Made by a program: the position numbers and the translations under genes. Shown in pieces: positions 59,981-61,663 of a stretch of DNA of 61,663 nt. The number at the start of each line of letters is the position of its first letter. Position 1 is the stretch's first letter. Below the pieces are notes generated by a model. It was not told where the DNA came from. It saw only the letters and a program-made list of their open reading frames with translations, and made no database searches. Location: the NCBI GenBank assembly GCA_002633005.1, contig NMRA01000074.1:748971-810633 (forward strand), read 5' to 3'. The DNA comes from Phoronis australis. Its lineage: Eukaryota; Animalia; Phoronida.

Positions 59981-61290
59981 TTTAGGACTGTTTCATTCAA
60001 CCGGGCACAGGCATCTGGTAGCATGCAAAGTTTTATTACATAACATGACTACGTTTAGTTTTACATAATGTTCAACGTGAAACACCAACGTTGCAACAGT
60101 GTTCTGATTTATCCTTTAGTATTCGTTTAATGGAGCTGTTATTTTTTCCATAAAAATATTGAATGTCACACTAGTTTTATAGTCCCAATGTCAAAGTGGA
60201 ACAACTATCAAACAACATTATGCTGTGCACTGCTTCAACACAGTATACATGTAAGAAAGTTTCATTTCTAGCAGCCAATGCCGAGACACGATGCTCTTAT
60301 TTTGGCCAAATCCTGACACTTTAGAGACTCACAAAACCCGTTTAATTTCGAAACTCCAGAGACCTGTTGAAAAGCTCTAACTCATGTATAAACATGGTAC
60401 GCCAAGTTTGCAAAGCCTGAGTTCCTCGTCTTTCCGGTTATTTCGTGAGAAACGAGATTGGAATAATCACAAGTACATCATGGTACTGTATATTTTAACT
60501 CTTTGCTGGAAAATGTCATTTTTAGCAAGTACAATATATATTTACATTATATTTGTTTCGGTAATTGTAGCAACGTTGCGACACAAAAACACGACATATG
60601 GCCTGCTCAGTTGGTGACTTATCGGGTATATTTACCCAGAGAGAACCTTGGCATCGACACCGTTGTATATCTCACTGCATTAGACTTACAGTGAGTTTAA
60701 ACACTTAGAAAGCCTAGTACGTGCCTATAGTCAAACCGTCGGCCGAGAGTCCAACGCCCACAAATTGTATTAAGGCCGTATGGGTGACTAAGGATATGAC
60801 CAAGTGTGACTAACTTCAGAATGACATCATACAAGAATCACGTTTGGATCGTCTTATTTTTGGAATTGAATAAACGTTGTGGGTACGGCACTTTTGCATT
60901 GTTTTCACATTGACTAGGGGTGTTTTAGAATGTTCAACTTAGGAACGAAACATTTGGAGCATTTAGAATACGTATGAAATAATACTATTGTTGCCTAAAA
61001 CGAAAGAAATGCTTATCAAGCAAATTGTAACAGAGTTCATGAGATTCCATATTGGAATTGATACGAAATTACATTTGTCCCTGCTAATCACACCATTGGT
61101 ATGAGCGTAATATCTTTCTATTTTGTTAAGTTGTGCCACAAAGACATTTGTGCCTGATGTAATTAATGTCAGATATTTATATAGAAAATGGAAATTCTTC
61201 AGGCTCATCCCACTTTCAGTTGGGGCTGGGGGCTATAGTCCCCCACTATTTTCAGTTCTGCGCCGCCCATGAAAAATGCGCATTAAGTAC

Positions 61291-61663
61291 TAGTCCACGA
61301 GAGCACCAGCCATGAGCGGCAAGGTGGGGGTCAGCCGATTTTCACCAAAATTGGCACATAGGTAGTCCTATGGGATCTATAAACAGCGGTAAAATATTTC
61401 TTGAAAATATTGCGTTTTTCCAAAGTTATAGGCTCAAACACATTTTACGGCTTCGCAGCCATGTTTCCACGGTATAAAAACTGTCCAGTTTTAACTGTTC
61501 ATATTTTTCCTTGAATGAAAGCTATTGATTTATTATTCACTTGGCATTGTTTAGTGGTGCCTGTAGATTGTTACACAGATGTCTTGAAACGCGATTCCGA
61601 TTTACCACCCTCATTTAGTAGTTTTACTACACTGCCCCCCGTTATGCCATTTTGAGGTTGTGT
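61291..61663 (+). mobile_element. Probable left end of an Academ-like TIR element running off the window
   Basis: Begins TAGTCCAC, the reverse complement of the candidate Academ terminus at 8020-8027. Confidence 0.35.

Overview
Eukaryotic (invertebrate-animal-like, roughly 40% GC) genomic DNA with spliceosomal introns and many transposons. The ORF track is mostly uninformative because the real genes are spliced. (1) Hand assembly of GT-AG exons gives a minus-strand 17-exon gene (55873->23957, about 617 aa). It encodes a type I membrane glycoprotein: signal peptide, non-canonical C-type lectin domain, 5 sushi/CCP modules, a Ser/Thr/Gly stalk built from six symmetric micro-exons, a TM helix and a short tail. 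The layout is selectin-like but lacks the EGF module. (2) A compact two-exon minus-strand gene at 18.4-19.0 kb has a TATA box, a 5'UTR intron and a strong Kozak ATG. It encodes a 77-aa secreted cysteine-rich peptide that I cannot assign to a family. (3) A nested stack of dead transposons lies at 1.3-8.0 kb: an ISL2EU-type element (THAP plus SAP/YqaJ genes, TIRs, AT TSD) inside an Academ XPG-type element, next to an array of palindromic AAAACTTAAGTTTT units. (4) There are many non-autonomous elements: TTAA-flanked Kolobok-like elements (several keeping THAP remnants), CA..TG MITEs with 5-bp TSDs (hAT5-like), Academ- and Harbinger-like MITEs, a Helentron-like element, and LINE and SINE fragments. 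(5) The 8-mer TACATGTA is strongly over-represented and matches the Tc1-type excision footprint. All family assignments come from motif recognition by eye, not from database searches.
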